This document shows positions 1 through 8,492 of a DNA stretch of 64,000 bases, piece by piece. A model generated the notes under the pieces. It saw nothing but the letters and a program-made list of their open reading frames with translations, made no database searches and was not told the origin of the DNA. The position numbers were made by a program, and so were the translations under genes. The number at the start of each line of letters is the position of its first letter. Within the stretch, counting starts at the first letter, position 1. This DNA comes from a bacterium (GTDB lineage Bacteria > Krumholzibacteriota > Krumholzibacteriia > LZORAL124-64-63), in assembly GCA_018814885.1 (NCBI GenBank), contig JAHIYU010000177.1, forward strand, positions 40,025 through 104,024, in the 5' to 3' direction.

Positions 1-753
<753 letters not shown>

Positions 754-767
<14 letters not shown>

Positions 768-1263
768 TAAGCTGAGTCACATCCTCTGTCTCCTGTTGCC
801 GTTGTTGAGCGGCTGCGGCGTGTATTCGTCATCTTCCGGACGCATCGACGAGTCGATCCGCAGGGTGACGGTGCCCTATCTGGAGAACCTTACCGCCGAG
901 CCCAACATCGAGGTGGAGTTGACAGAGAACATCATCTCGGCGCTGCAGGACGACAACACGCTGCGCGTGGTGGAATTCCCCGACGCAGCCACGGAACTGA
1001 CGGGCAAGGTGGTACGCTACAACCTGCGTGAAGCCTTCACCTCCAGCAATCTCCAGGTGGACGAGTACCAGGTTCAGATCATGGTGGAACTGACCATGCG
1101 CGTGATCGAGACGGGACAAGCCTTGTTCGAGAAGAAGCGCATCACCGGCACGGGGAACTTCGCCGTCGACGAGGCCGGCGGCAGCGCCGAGGCCGACGCG
1201 CGGGCGTTGGCGGCGGCCGAGATCGTGCGCGAGGTTCTGGCTGCAGTCGTGGAGGACTGGTGA
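754..1263 (+). CDS. Small lipoprotein, LptE-like (LPS assembly) candidate
   Basis: GTG start overlaps the upstream stop. Signal peptide with lipobox LLSGC. About 170 aa, immediately upstream of holA with a 4-nt overlap, matching the conserved lptE-holA pairing. Sequence family not verifiable by eye. Confidence 0.45.
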
Positions 1264-2294
1264 TGGCGTACGGCCGCGGTAGCAGATCCGGCCCCGATTT
1301 CCAGCAGCTGCGCGACGAGCTGGCACGAGAGGCGTATCGCCCAGTTTACCTGCTGGCGGGCGAGGATGCGCATCGCATGGCCGGGGTGGTCACCTACCTG
1401 AAGAAGAAGCTGCTGGGGGAGACAGATGCGGCGTTCAACTTCCATGCGTATGACGGGGACGACGCCGAGGTGGGCAACGTCGTCCAGCAGGCCCTCAGCT
1501 ATCCAATGATGTGCAGCCACCAGGTGATCTGCGTGAAGCGCGCCGAGAAGCTGGTGACCGACGCCGGCGCCGAGGCGGGTCTGATCAAATACGTCAAGAA
1601 GCCGGCTGCCGAGACGGTATTGATACTCATGTCCGATAAAGTAGATGGCCGGCACAAATGGGTAAAAGCCTGCAAATCGGCAGGATGTTTCTTCGATTTC
1701 TCACCACCGCGCGGTCGTGATCTCGTTGGCTGGGTCATGCGCACTGCCAGCAGCCAGGGCCTGAACATGGGACAGGAACTGGCCGAACTCCTCACGGAAC
1801 TCATCGGCGACGACCTGAACGTTCTCAGCGGCGAGATCGAGAAGCTCGCGCTGATCACCGCCGATTCGAAAACGCAGCTCGATGACGGGAAATTGCTCGA
1901 GGTCATCCTGGAGCAGCGCGCCGTCGATCCTTTCGAACTGGTCAGGCTGCTGGGTCCCGGTCAAGGCGCGGCCGGATTGCGCGTGTACCATCGCTATCTC
2001 GCCGATGGACGGTCACCCTACGAGCTGGCGCCGTTGTTGATCTGGCGGGTCAAGCAGGTGGCACAGGTGGCGTCCCTGCGGCGGGAAGGAGTGGACCCAG
2101 GTCAGATGCCCGGTGTCATCGGCGCGTCGCCGTATGCAGTGAAGCAGGCCCGTGAGACTGCAGATCGGTGGGGTGACGCCGGGGTGAGAAAGGCCCTGCG
2201 GGCCTGCATGCAGTGCGAATCCGCTCTCAAGAGCAGCCCGTTGGGACCGGAGAAGGTGTTGGAGAGGGCGATTCTGGATATCTGTACGAAATGA
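1260..2294 (+). CDS. holA: DNA polymerase III delta subunit
   Basis: 344 aa with typical HolA N-terminal layout (PVYLLAGED...; LILMSDKVDGRHKWVKA). Start overlaps the upstream stop (gtgATGa). Confidence 0.8.
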   Translation: MMAYGRGSRSGPDFQQLRDELAREAYRPVYLLAGEDAHRMAGVVTYLKKKLLGETDAAFNFHAYDGDDAEVGNVVQQALSYPMMCSHQVICVKRAEKLVTDAGAEAGLIKYVKKPAAETVLILMSDKVDGRHKWVKACKSAGCFFDFSPPRGRDLVGWVMRTASSQGLNMGQELAELLTELIGDDLNVLSGEIEKLALITADSKTQLDDGKLLEVILEQRAVDPFELVRLLGPGQGAAGLRVYHRYLADGRSPYELAPLLIWRVKQVAQVASLRREGVDPGQMPGVIGASPYAVKQARETADRWGDAGVRKALRACMQCESALKSSPLGPEKVLERAILDICTK

Positions 2295-2448
2295 AACGCT
2301 GACGCAATTACCCCGTAAAGGATAATGTAAAAATGAATTAAGAAAAATGTAGAATCTCGACCGGCAATGACTTAACATAATATACATTATGCGCAATACT
2401 TTAAGTCTGTGACCCTATCGATTCCGGCACAACAGCTTGCTCCTTCTC

Positions 2449-2841
2449 TCAGGTAATGGGAACGCGATCCGCGAATTCATCGATGATCGGCAGACGGCAC
2501 ACCTCACCCGACAGCGCCTTGACGAAACCGATCACCGACAGCGTCAGGCAGACGATCATGGCGACCAGATGCAGGACGATGGTCAACAGCAGTCCGATCA
2601 GGGGCAATCGCCCCAGTGTGGCGTCGATGATGTTCAGCACGACATACAGCACGACCTCGGCGAAGAAGAGCGCGAAGCCCTGGCGGCAGTGGCCGGCCAG
2701 GAACGCACCCTTCTCCTTGACGGCCAGGATGGGGACGAAGACGAAGAAGCTGAGGTAGCACACGGCACCCAGCCAACGGTCGTTGTTCGTGGTCTCGGGC
2801 ATGATCCTCTCCCCCGCATTCCGGTTTGTTGCCGCCATCAT
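2449..2841 (-). CDS. DUF4870-family small integral membrane protein
   Basis: 130 aa with three or four TM helices. Characteristic WLGAVCYLSFF...PILAV...GHCRQGFALFF pattern of DUF4870 proteins. Confidence 0.6.
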   Translation of the reverse strand: MMAATNRNAGERIMPETTNNDRWLGAVCYLSFFVFVPILAVKEKGAFLAGHCRQGFALFFAEVVLYVVLNIIDATLGRLPLIGLLLTIVLHLVAMIVCLTLSVIGFVKALSGEVCRLPIIDEFADRVPIT

Positions 2842-2955
2842 ATGCCACCCGCCCGCATAAATCCACTACGTCCGACCGGACTTGTCCGGTCGCTGCGAAG
2901 CTGCTACGGTGCGCCCATCGAGCATGTACGCGGATGGACAGGAAGGTGGCCGCCT

Positions 2956-3345
2956 TTGTTCGGGTTCAAGAAAACGCCGAAGCCGGACCGCTGGAAGGGG
3001 CGGAATGTCCTGGAACTGGTACCCGTGCAACTGGTCGCCCACGAGGCCTCCGGCACGGATGGGCTTGTCCGGTTGCTGGAGCCGCGCTTCAGGGATCGTC
3101 TGCTGGGTAGGATCCTGCAGCCGCGGTTGCCTCGGGAGCGCGCCCACGTGAAGGTGGAGCTGGACGCGCGGGGCAGCGACATCTGGCGCGCCATCGACGG
3201 CCGGACCAGCGTCGCGGAGTTGGTCGGGCTCTTCGTCGCACGCCATCCAGACGATTCGCAGCAGGCGCCGGAAAGGGTCTGGCGCTTCCTCGCGGTCATG
3301 GAGCACCACGGCTTCATCGAGCTCGAGCCTACCACCGAGGCCTGA
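2956..3345 (+). CDS. PqqD-like (RiPP-recognition-element type) small protein
   Basis: C-terminal 90 aa match the PqqD pattern (ELDARGSDIWRAIDGRTSVAELVGLFVARHP...ERVWRFLAVMEHHGFIEL). Proposed TTG start at 2956 is preceded by GGAAGGTGG. The ATG at 2842 is in frame but abuts the divergent gene start. Confidence 0.45.
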   Translation: MFGFKKTPKPDRWKGRNVLELVPVQLVAHEASGTDGLVRLLEPRFRDRLLGRILQPRLPRERAHVKVELDARGSDIWRAIDGRTSVAELVGLFVARHPDDSQQAPERVWRFLAVMEHHGFIELEPTTEA

Positions 3346-3360
3346 GCCGTGTTCCCCCCG

Positions 3361-3390
3361 AAGACAAAGCCGCGTTCCTGAGAACGCGGC
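3361..3390 (-). terminator. Intrinsic terminator downstream of tRNA-Arg
   Basis: Perfect 9-bp stem GCCGCGTTC / GAACGCGGC with a 4-nt loop, followed on the minus strand by CUUUGUCUU. Confidence 0.5.
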
Positions 3391-3412
3391 CGTATCCAGG
3401 CGAGTCTCTGGA

Positions 3413-3489
3413 TGGTACCCCAGACAGGGCTCGAACCTGCGACCCCTGGTTTAGGAAACCAGTGCTCTATCCAGCTGAGCTACTGGGGC
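3413..3489 (-). tRNA. tRNA-Arg (anticodon CCT)
   Basis: Reverse complement is GCCCCAGTAGCTCAGCTGGATAGAGCACTGGTTTCCTAAACCAGGGGTCGCAGGTTCGAGCCCTGTCTGGGGTACCA. Cloverleaf fits, anticodon loop is TTCCTAA, CCA is encoded. Confidence 0.9.
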
Positions 3490-3575
3490 CCTGAACTCTC
3501 TGCCTCGCGTGACATCATAGCCACGCGGTGCGGACTCCGCAGCCCGCGGCACCGGTGAAGGCCGGGAATCGGAAG

Positions 3576-4100
3576 CTAGCCGTCTCCGGAATATTTGACA
3601 AGTGAAAATACTGGTGTGCCCGCCAGGCGCGATCTGCCCTCCAGATCCTCCAGTTCGACCAGGAAGAGCTGCGCGGCGACCGTGGCGCCGAGTCGCGTCA
3701 CGAGTAGCTGCGCGGCGGCGGCCGTCCCGCCGGTGGCGAGCAAGTCGTCCACGATCAACACCTTGTCGCCGGCGGACAGGGAATCGTCGTGAGCCTCGAG
3801 GGCGGCCGAGCCGTATTCCAGATCGTACGCGACAGAGACCGTCCGGCCCGGCAGCTTGCCCGGCTTGCGCAGGATGATCAGCGGCTTGCCCAGCTGGCGG
3901 GCCAGGGGTGCGGCGAAGATGAAGCCGCGCGATTCCAGCGCGGCGATCTTGTCGAAGGCCGTGGCAGAGATCAGGTCCGCGAGGCCGTCCAGGGCGGCGC
4001 GAAAGGCGTCGGGTCTCTCCAGCACGGGTGTGATGTCCCGGAACAGGATGCCCGGCTGCGGGAAGTCGGGCACGTCGCGGATCACGGTCTTCAGGTCCAT
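3576..4100 (-). CDS. apt: Adenine phosphoribosyltransferase
   Basis: MDLKTVIRDVPDFPQPGILFRDITPVL...VLIVDDLLATGGTA PRPP-binding motif. ATG at 4100 preferred over the upstream GTG. Confidence 0.9.
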   Translation of the reverse strand: MDLKTVIRDVPDFPQPGILFRDITPVLERPDAFRAALDGLADLISATAFDKIAALESRGFIFAAPLARQLGKPLIILRKPGKLPGRTVSVAYDLEYGSAALEAHDDSLSAGDKVLIVDDLLATGGTAAAAQLLVTRLGATVAAQLFLVELEDLEGRSRLAGTPVFSLVKYSGDG

Positions 4101-4117
4101 GGTGGCTCCTCGCACGG

Positions 4118-4897
4118 TCAGCGCAGCAAACGAGCCGGATCGACGGCCTCGTTGTCCCGGCGCAGCTCGATGTGCAGATAGGGCTGGTTCCCCTCCGCCG
4201 GCGCGCCGGTCAGGCCCAGGCCGTCGCCGCGCAGCACGATCCGGCCGGTCTCGACGTAGACGTCATCGGAGGAGAAGGGTCCGAGTACCGTGGCGAATCC
4301 TCCCCCGTGCTCGATGATCATCAGCCGGCCGTAGCCGTCCTGCTCGCCCACGTAGCGGACGACGCCGTGGGCGGGAGCGACCACGTGTGCGCCCCGAGCA
4401 TAGGCCATGTCCACCCCGGTGTGGCGGGTGGTGATCCGGCCCTGGCGCTGGTCGCCGAAGGAACGCAGCTCGGCGCCCGCGGTCCCGGCGAAGGGGCGGC
4501 GCCAGCGGGTGCCGGCGGCGCGCGTGAGTCCGAACGGGCGGGTCACGCGCAGCCTCTGCGCCGGGTGGATGAGATCGCTCCTGAGGCCGTTGTCCCGCTT
4601 GAGTGCGGAAACGGTGGTGCCCGTCAGCTCGGCGATGCGGCCCAGGTAGTCGCCCGGGCGCACCACGTACCAGCCGTCCTCGGAGGCGGCGAGAACCGGC
4701 GCACCGGCCATGGCCAGCACGAGCGTGATCAGCGAGGCGGCGAGAAATACGACGCGGTCATTCGCGAATCCTGGCAGACCGCGAATGCGTTTGCCCGACG
4801 GTGATCCAGGACGGTTGTCGATCATGGTGATCATGGCGTCACTATTCCCGTTCGCGGCTGATGCGAGCTCGGAGATGGCTTCTTGCGAGCCAGGCAC
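4118..4897 (-). CDS. LysM domain / M23 family metallopeptidase (NlpD-like)
   Basis: N-terminal signal-anchor, LysM motif (YVVRPGDYLGRIAELTGTTVSALKRDNGL) and M23 core (HTGVDMAYARGAHVVAPAHGVV...GRLMIIEHGGGFATV). Start codon uncertain. Confidence 0.8.
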   Translation of the reverse strand: MPGSQEAISELASAANGNSDAMITMIDNRPGSPSGKRIRGLPGFANDRVVFLAASLITLVLAMAGAPVLAASEDGWYVVRPGDYLGRIAELTGTTVSALKRDNGLRSDLIHPAQRLRVTRPFGLTRAAGTRWRRPFAGTAGAELRSFGDQRQGRITTRHTGVDMAYARGAHVVAPAHGVVRYVGEQDGYGRLMIIEHGGGFATVLGPFSSDDVYVETGRIVLRGDGLGLTGAPAEGNQPYLHIELRRDNEAVDPARLLR

Positions 4898-5161
4898 GAG
4901 AGATAGCGACTACCTCGGGACCTGTCAAGGCCTCTCCTGTGCGATTGCCGGGTTTGCCAAGGGATGCCCGCCGGAAGTGCGACTGACTGGCTGTCGGCAG
5001 GTTTGCACGTGAAACCGTCCACCAAGTGGCACGCTCCCTTCGGGACGCTTCGGTGAACGCGGCCGTCCCTTGCGCCGTCTACCTTTTCCGGTCTGACGGC
5101 CATGGTGGCAAAGAGAAACGGGCCGCTTCATCGGCAACCCGTTCCCCATCTATAAGTTCTG

Positions 5162-5239
<78 letters not shown>

Positions 5240-5283
5240 ACCGATTACCAGACCGTGGAGGGCTCTCCAGCGAAGCCCAATAT

Positions 5284-5793
5284 CTACACGTTGGACCAGA
5301 GGTGCAAGACCCCCATCGAAACGAGCGTCACCAGGATTCCGGCGACGCAGATGCCAAGGATGATACACGGGATCGAAAAACGCAAGGGCAGCCTGAAGAG
5401 GTAGGCGGCCACCGAGCCGGTCCAGGCGCCGGTCATGGGCAGAGGGATGGCTACGAACAGGATCAGGCCGATGGCCTGGTAGCGGCGTATGAGTCCGCTG
5501 CGGCGTTCGGTGCGCGCGAAGAGCCAGGTGAAGAAGCGGTCGGCGCGGGCGAAGCGGCGCAGACGGCGCTCGGCCGGGCCCAGCAGGGTCAGGATCGGCA
5601 GCACCGGCACGAAGTTGCCCGCCGCCGCGATCAGGAACGTGAGCACCGGATGCGCGCTGCCGAAGCTGGCGGCCAGGGGCGTATAGGCGTAGGGGATGGC
5701 GCCGCGCAGCTCGAAGATCGGCAGCGTGGCGATCGCGAAGATCGCCAACGGCGGCGGCAGGTGCTCGGCCCATTCGAGTATCTGTTCACGCAT
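5284..5793 (-). CDS. Small polytopic membrane protein (small multidrug export-like, PF06695-type)
   Basis: 169 aa with 4 TM helices and an ELRGAIPYA motif near the N-terminus. Overlaps the pcm stop by 8 nt. Confidence 0.5.
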   Translation of the reverse strand: MREQILEWAEHLPPPLAIFAIATLPIFELRGAIPYAYTPLAASFGSAHPVLTFLIAAAGNFVPVLPILTLLGPAERRLRRFARADRFFTWLFARTERRSGLIRRYQAIGLILFVAIPLPMTGAWTGSVAAYLFRLPLRFSIPCIILGICVAGILVTLVSMGVLHLWSNV

Positions 5794-6457
5794 CGGCTGC
5801 GCTCCCCGTCAAACCCGACAGCATCGGCACGAACCGGCAGGGAACCGAACGTTCGACCCGCGCCTCTCCCCCGTGCTTGCGGTAGCGGTATAGGGTCTGC
5901 TCCTCGCCCGCGCCGATGGGCAGGACCAGCGTGCCGCCTTCGCGCAGCTGGTGGAAAAGCAGGGACGGCAGGCGGGCCGGACAGGCCGTGACGACGACCG
6001 CGTCGTAGGGACCGCGTTCGGGCACCCCGTCGCCGCCGTCGGCGGCGTAGATCTCCACGTTGTCGTAGCCCAGCTCGTCGAGCCTGCGCGCCGAACGCAG
6101 CGCCAGGGGTTCGATGCGCTCCACGCTCACCACCGAGCGGCACAGGTGCGAGAGCACGGCCGCCTGGTAGCCCGATCCCGTGCCGACCTCCAGCACGTGC
6201 GCGTCGCCGCGCAGTTCCAGCAGGGCGGTCATCAGGCCCACGATGAAGGGCTGGCTGATGGTCTGACCGTAGCCGATGGGCAGGGCGCAGCCGTGATAGG
6301 CGCGGTGGCGCAGCAGGGTGGGCACGAACAGGTGGCGCGGCACCTTGTACATGGCCGCCAGCACCTGCGGGTCGGCGACGCCTGCGCCTGCGAGCTGGTC
6401 GGAGACCATGCGTCGGCGGGCCACGGCGTAGTCGGTCGCTGCGGCGCGGCTCCTCAT
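5786..6457 (-). CDS. pcm: Protein-L-isoaspartate O-methyltransferase
   Basis: GYGQTISQPFIVGLM and VLEVGTGSGYQAAVL SAM motifs. 4-nt overlap with surE. Confidence 0.9.
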   Translation of the reverse strand: MRSRAAATDYAVARRRMVSDQLAGAGVADPQVLAAMYKVPRHLFVPTLLRHRAYHGCALPIGYGQTISQPFIVGLMTALLELRGDAHVLEVGTGSGYQAAVLSHLCRSVVSVERIEPLALRSARRLDELGYDNVEIYAADGGDGVPERGPYDAVVVTACPARLPSLLFHQLREGGTLVLPIGAGEEQTLYRYRKHGGEARVERSVPCRFVPMLSGLTGSAADA

Positions 6458-7227
6458 GGTTTCAACGGTCCCTCGTGGTTGAGCCCGGACAGCCGGGCGA
6501 GCATGATCTCGTGGGTCAGGTCCACGCGCAGGGGCGTGACGACCACGTAGCCCGCCTGGCTGAGGGTGGCGTCCGTGTCGGGCACTTCATCCCAGGTGGG
6601 GCCGTTGCCGCCGATCCACAGGTACGGCTTGCCGCGGGGATCGAGCTGCTCGGTGATGACGTCGCTGTATTGCCGGCTGCCCAGGGGGGCGACGCGCACG
6701 CCGCGGATCTCGTCCGCCGGCAGGTCGGGTATGTTGACGTTGAGCAGGGTGTTGCGGGGCAGCTCCTGGTCGAGCAGCGCGTCGAGGTGGCCGCGCAGAT
6801 AAGCCTCCACGGTATCCCAGTGTTCGGGCCGCCAGCTGGTGCAGGAGACGGCGTAGCTGGGCAGGCCCAGGATGGCTCCCTCCAGCGCCGCCGCCACGGT
6901 GCCGGAATAGGTGACGTCCTCCCCCATGTTCGAGCCGTGGTTGACGCCGCTGATCACCGCGTCGGGGGGGTCGTCCTTGAGGATGTGCTCCACGCCCACC
7001 AGCACGCTGTCGGTCGGCGTGCCGGTGACGGCGAAACGGCCGTCGCCGTAGTCGATCACACGCAACGGGACGCGCAGGGTGAGGCTGTGACTCGAGGCGC
7101 TCTGCTGGTCGGCCGGCGCCACGGTGGTCACCCGGATGTCGTCGCGTTCGGACAGCACCCGGGCCAGCAGGTTCAGGCCGTGGGCGTCGATGCCGTCGTC
7201 GTTGCTCAGCAGGATGTGCCGGATCAT
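6454..7227 (-). CDS. surE: 5'/3'-nucleotidase SurE
   Basis: N-terminal MIRHILLSNDDGIDAHGL signature. surE-pcm adjacency. Confidence 0.9.
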   Translation of the reverse strand: MIRHILLSNDDGIDAHGLNLLARVLSERDDIRVTTVAPADQQSASSHSLTLRVPLRVIDYGDGRFAVTGTPTDSVLVGVEHILKDDPPDAVISGVNHGSNMGEDVTYSGTVAAALEGAILGLPSYAVSCTSWRPEHWDTVEAYLRGHLDALLDQELPRNTLLNVNIPDLPADEIRGVRVAPLGSRQYSDVITEQLDPRGKPYLWIGGNGPTWDEVPDTDATLSQAGYVVVTPLRVDLTHEIMLARLSGLNHEGPLKP

Positions 7228-7913
7228 CGTCGATCTCCTCGTCTGGCCTCGCGGCGCAGGCGGTAAACGAGCCTGAAGAAGCGCACCGTGTCGCGCAGGG
7301 GCCTGATGGAGCTGCCCTGTTCGCCGTACACCGCCGCCGTCGGCACAGAGCCGATGCGGGCGCCGCGCCGCGCCAGTCGGACCAGCACCTCCGACTCGAA
7401 GTCGTAGTTGGCGGTGGTCGTCTCCAGGCCGTCCAGGACAGCTACGCGCAGCAGGCGGTAGCCGTTCTGCGAGTCCGGGATGGGACAGCCCGCCAGGCGG
7501 CTCACGACCCGGCTGGTGAAAACATTGGTTGCCTTGCGGATCCAGGGCATGTCCGCGGTCGCGTCCATGCGCGTCCCGACGACGATATCAAAGCTAGCAG
7601 ATAACGCGGCGTCCAGGAAGGACTGCATCTCAGCCGGCAGGTGCTGGCCGTCGGCGTCCATGGTGAAGGTCCAGTCCCAGCCCGCGGCCAGGGCGTGCTG
7701 GAAACCGGTCAGCAGGGCCGCACCCTTGCCGCGGTTCTGCGCGTGGGTGGCGATTTCGGCACCGTGGGCGCGGGCGACGTCGCCGGTGCCGTCGGTGCTG
7801 CCGTCGTCCACGACCAGCGCACGGATATCGGGCTGACGCTCGCGGATCTCGTCCAGCAGCGGCCCCACAAACGAGGCCGCGTTCAGGGCCGGGAGGATGA
7901 CGCCGACGTGCAT
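7224..7913 (-). CDS. Family 2 glycosyltransferase (polyprenyl-phosphate sugar transferase-like)
   Basis: VGVILPALNAASF...LVVDDGSTDGTGDVA...DADGQH GT-A/DxD motifs. Start taken at internal ATG (MHVGVIL). Overlaps the surE start by 4 nt. Confidence 0.8.
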   Translation of the reverse strand: MHVGVILPALNAASFVGPLLDEIRERQPDIRALVVDDGSTDGTGDVARAHGAEIATHAQNRGKGAALLTGFQHALAAGWDWTFTMDADGQHLPAEMQSFLDAALSASFDIVVGTRMDATADMPWIRKATNVFTSRVVSRLAGCPIPDSQNGYRLLRVAVLDGLETTTANYDFESEVLVRLARRGARIGSVPTAAVYGEQGSSIRPLRDTVRFFRLVYRLRREARRGDRR

Positions 7914-8039
7914 GGTGGGAGCACTCCGATAATCAATGATCACCCTACAAAGGGGCTGGTACTGGCGAGAAACCGACTGGAAGTCACAGTTCGAAGCATA
8001 GGCGCGAACGAGACCAGATCCAGATTCATCAATAGCCTG

Positions 8040-8492
8040 CTAGTCCCCGATCAGTTGGCGCACCCGACCCATGAAGGCTTCCGGATCGATCGGCTTGTCG
8101 ACGAACATCTCCGGCTTGACCAGCCCCTCCTCGCGCATGGCCGCGATCATATGGCGCAACGATTCGCGCAGGCAGTCAAATGGCCGCTCCTCGGTGTTGG
8201 CGGCGGCGGAGTCTAACTCTTCAAGGGAGGCGGCGACACCGGTCAGCATAAGCACCGGAATGTCCTTCAGTTTCTCGTCCCTTTTCAGCTGTTTGAAGAG
8301 GGTGAAGCCGGTCTTTTTTGGCATCATCACATCCAGGACGATCAGGTCGACTGCGTTCTCCTGGATTATTTGCCAGCCCTCACTGCCGTCATTGGCGGTC
8401 AGGGTCTCGATCCCCCCCTCCTCTAGCACCACCGAGAGGAACTTCACGGCGTTCACATCATCGTCGATGATCAGAACCTTCTTGTCGCTCAT
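8040..8492 (-). CDS. Response regulator, receiver domain only (CheY-like)
   Basis: KVLIIDDD...LIVLDVMMPKKTGF...PVLMLTG. 150 aa, no output domain. ATGA overlap with the upstream kinase. Confidence 0.85.
   Translation of the reverse strand: MSDKKVLIIDDDVNAVKFLSVVLEEGGIETLTANDGSEGWQIIQENAVDLIVLDVMMPKKTGFTLFKQLKRDEKLKDIPVLMLTGVAASLEELDSAAANTEERPFDCLRESLRHMIAAMREEGLVKPEMFVDKPIDPEAFMGRVRQLIGD

Noticed and set aside
2437-2955. Upstream part of the 302-aa plus-strand ORF, including the ATG at 2842
   Set aside because: The first 135 codons are antisense to the DUF4870 gene. The ATG at 2842 would put the two start codons back-to-back with no promoter space. Only the PqqD-like C-terminal third looks genuine, so a downstream TTG start was preferred.
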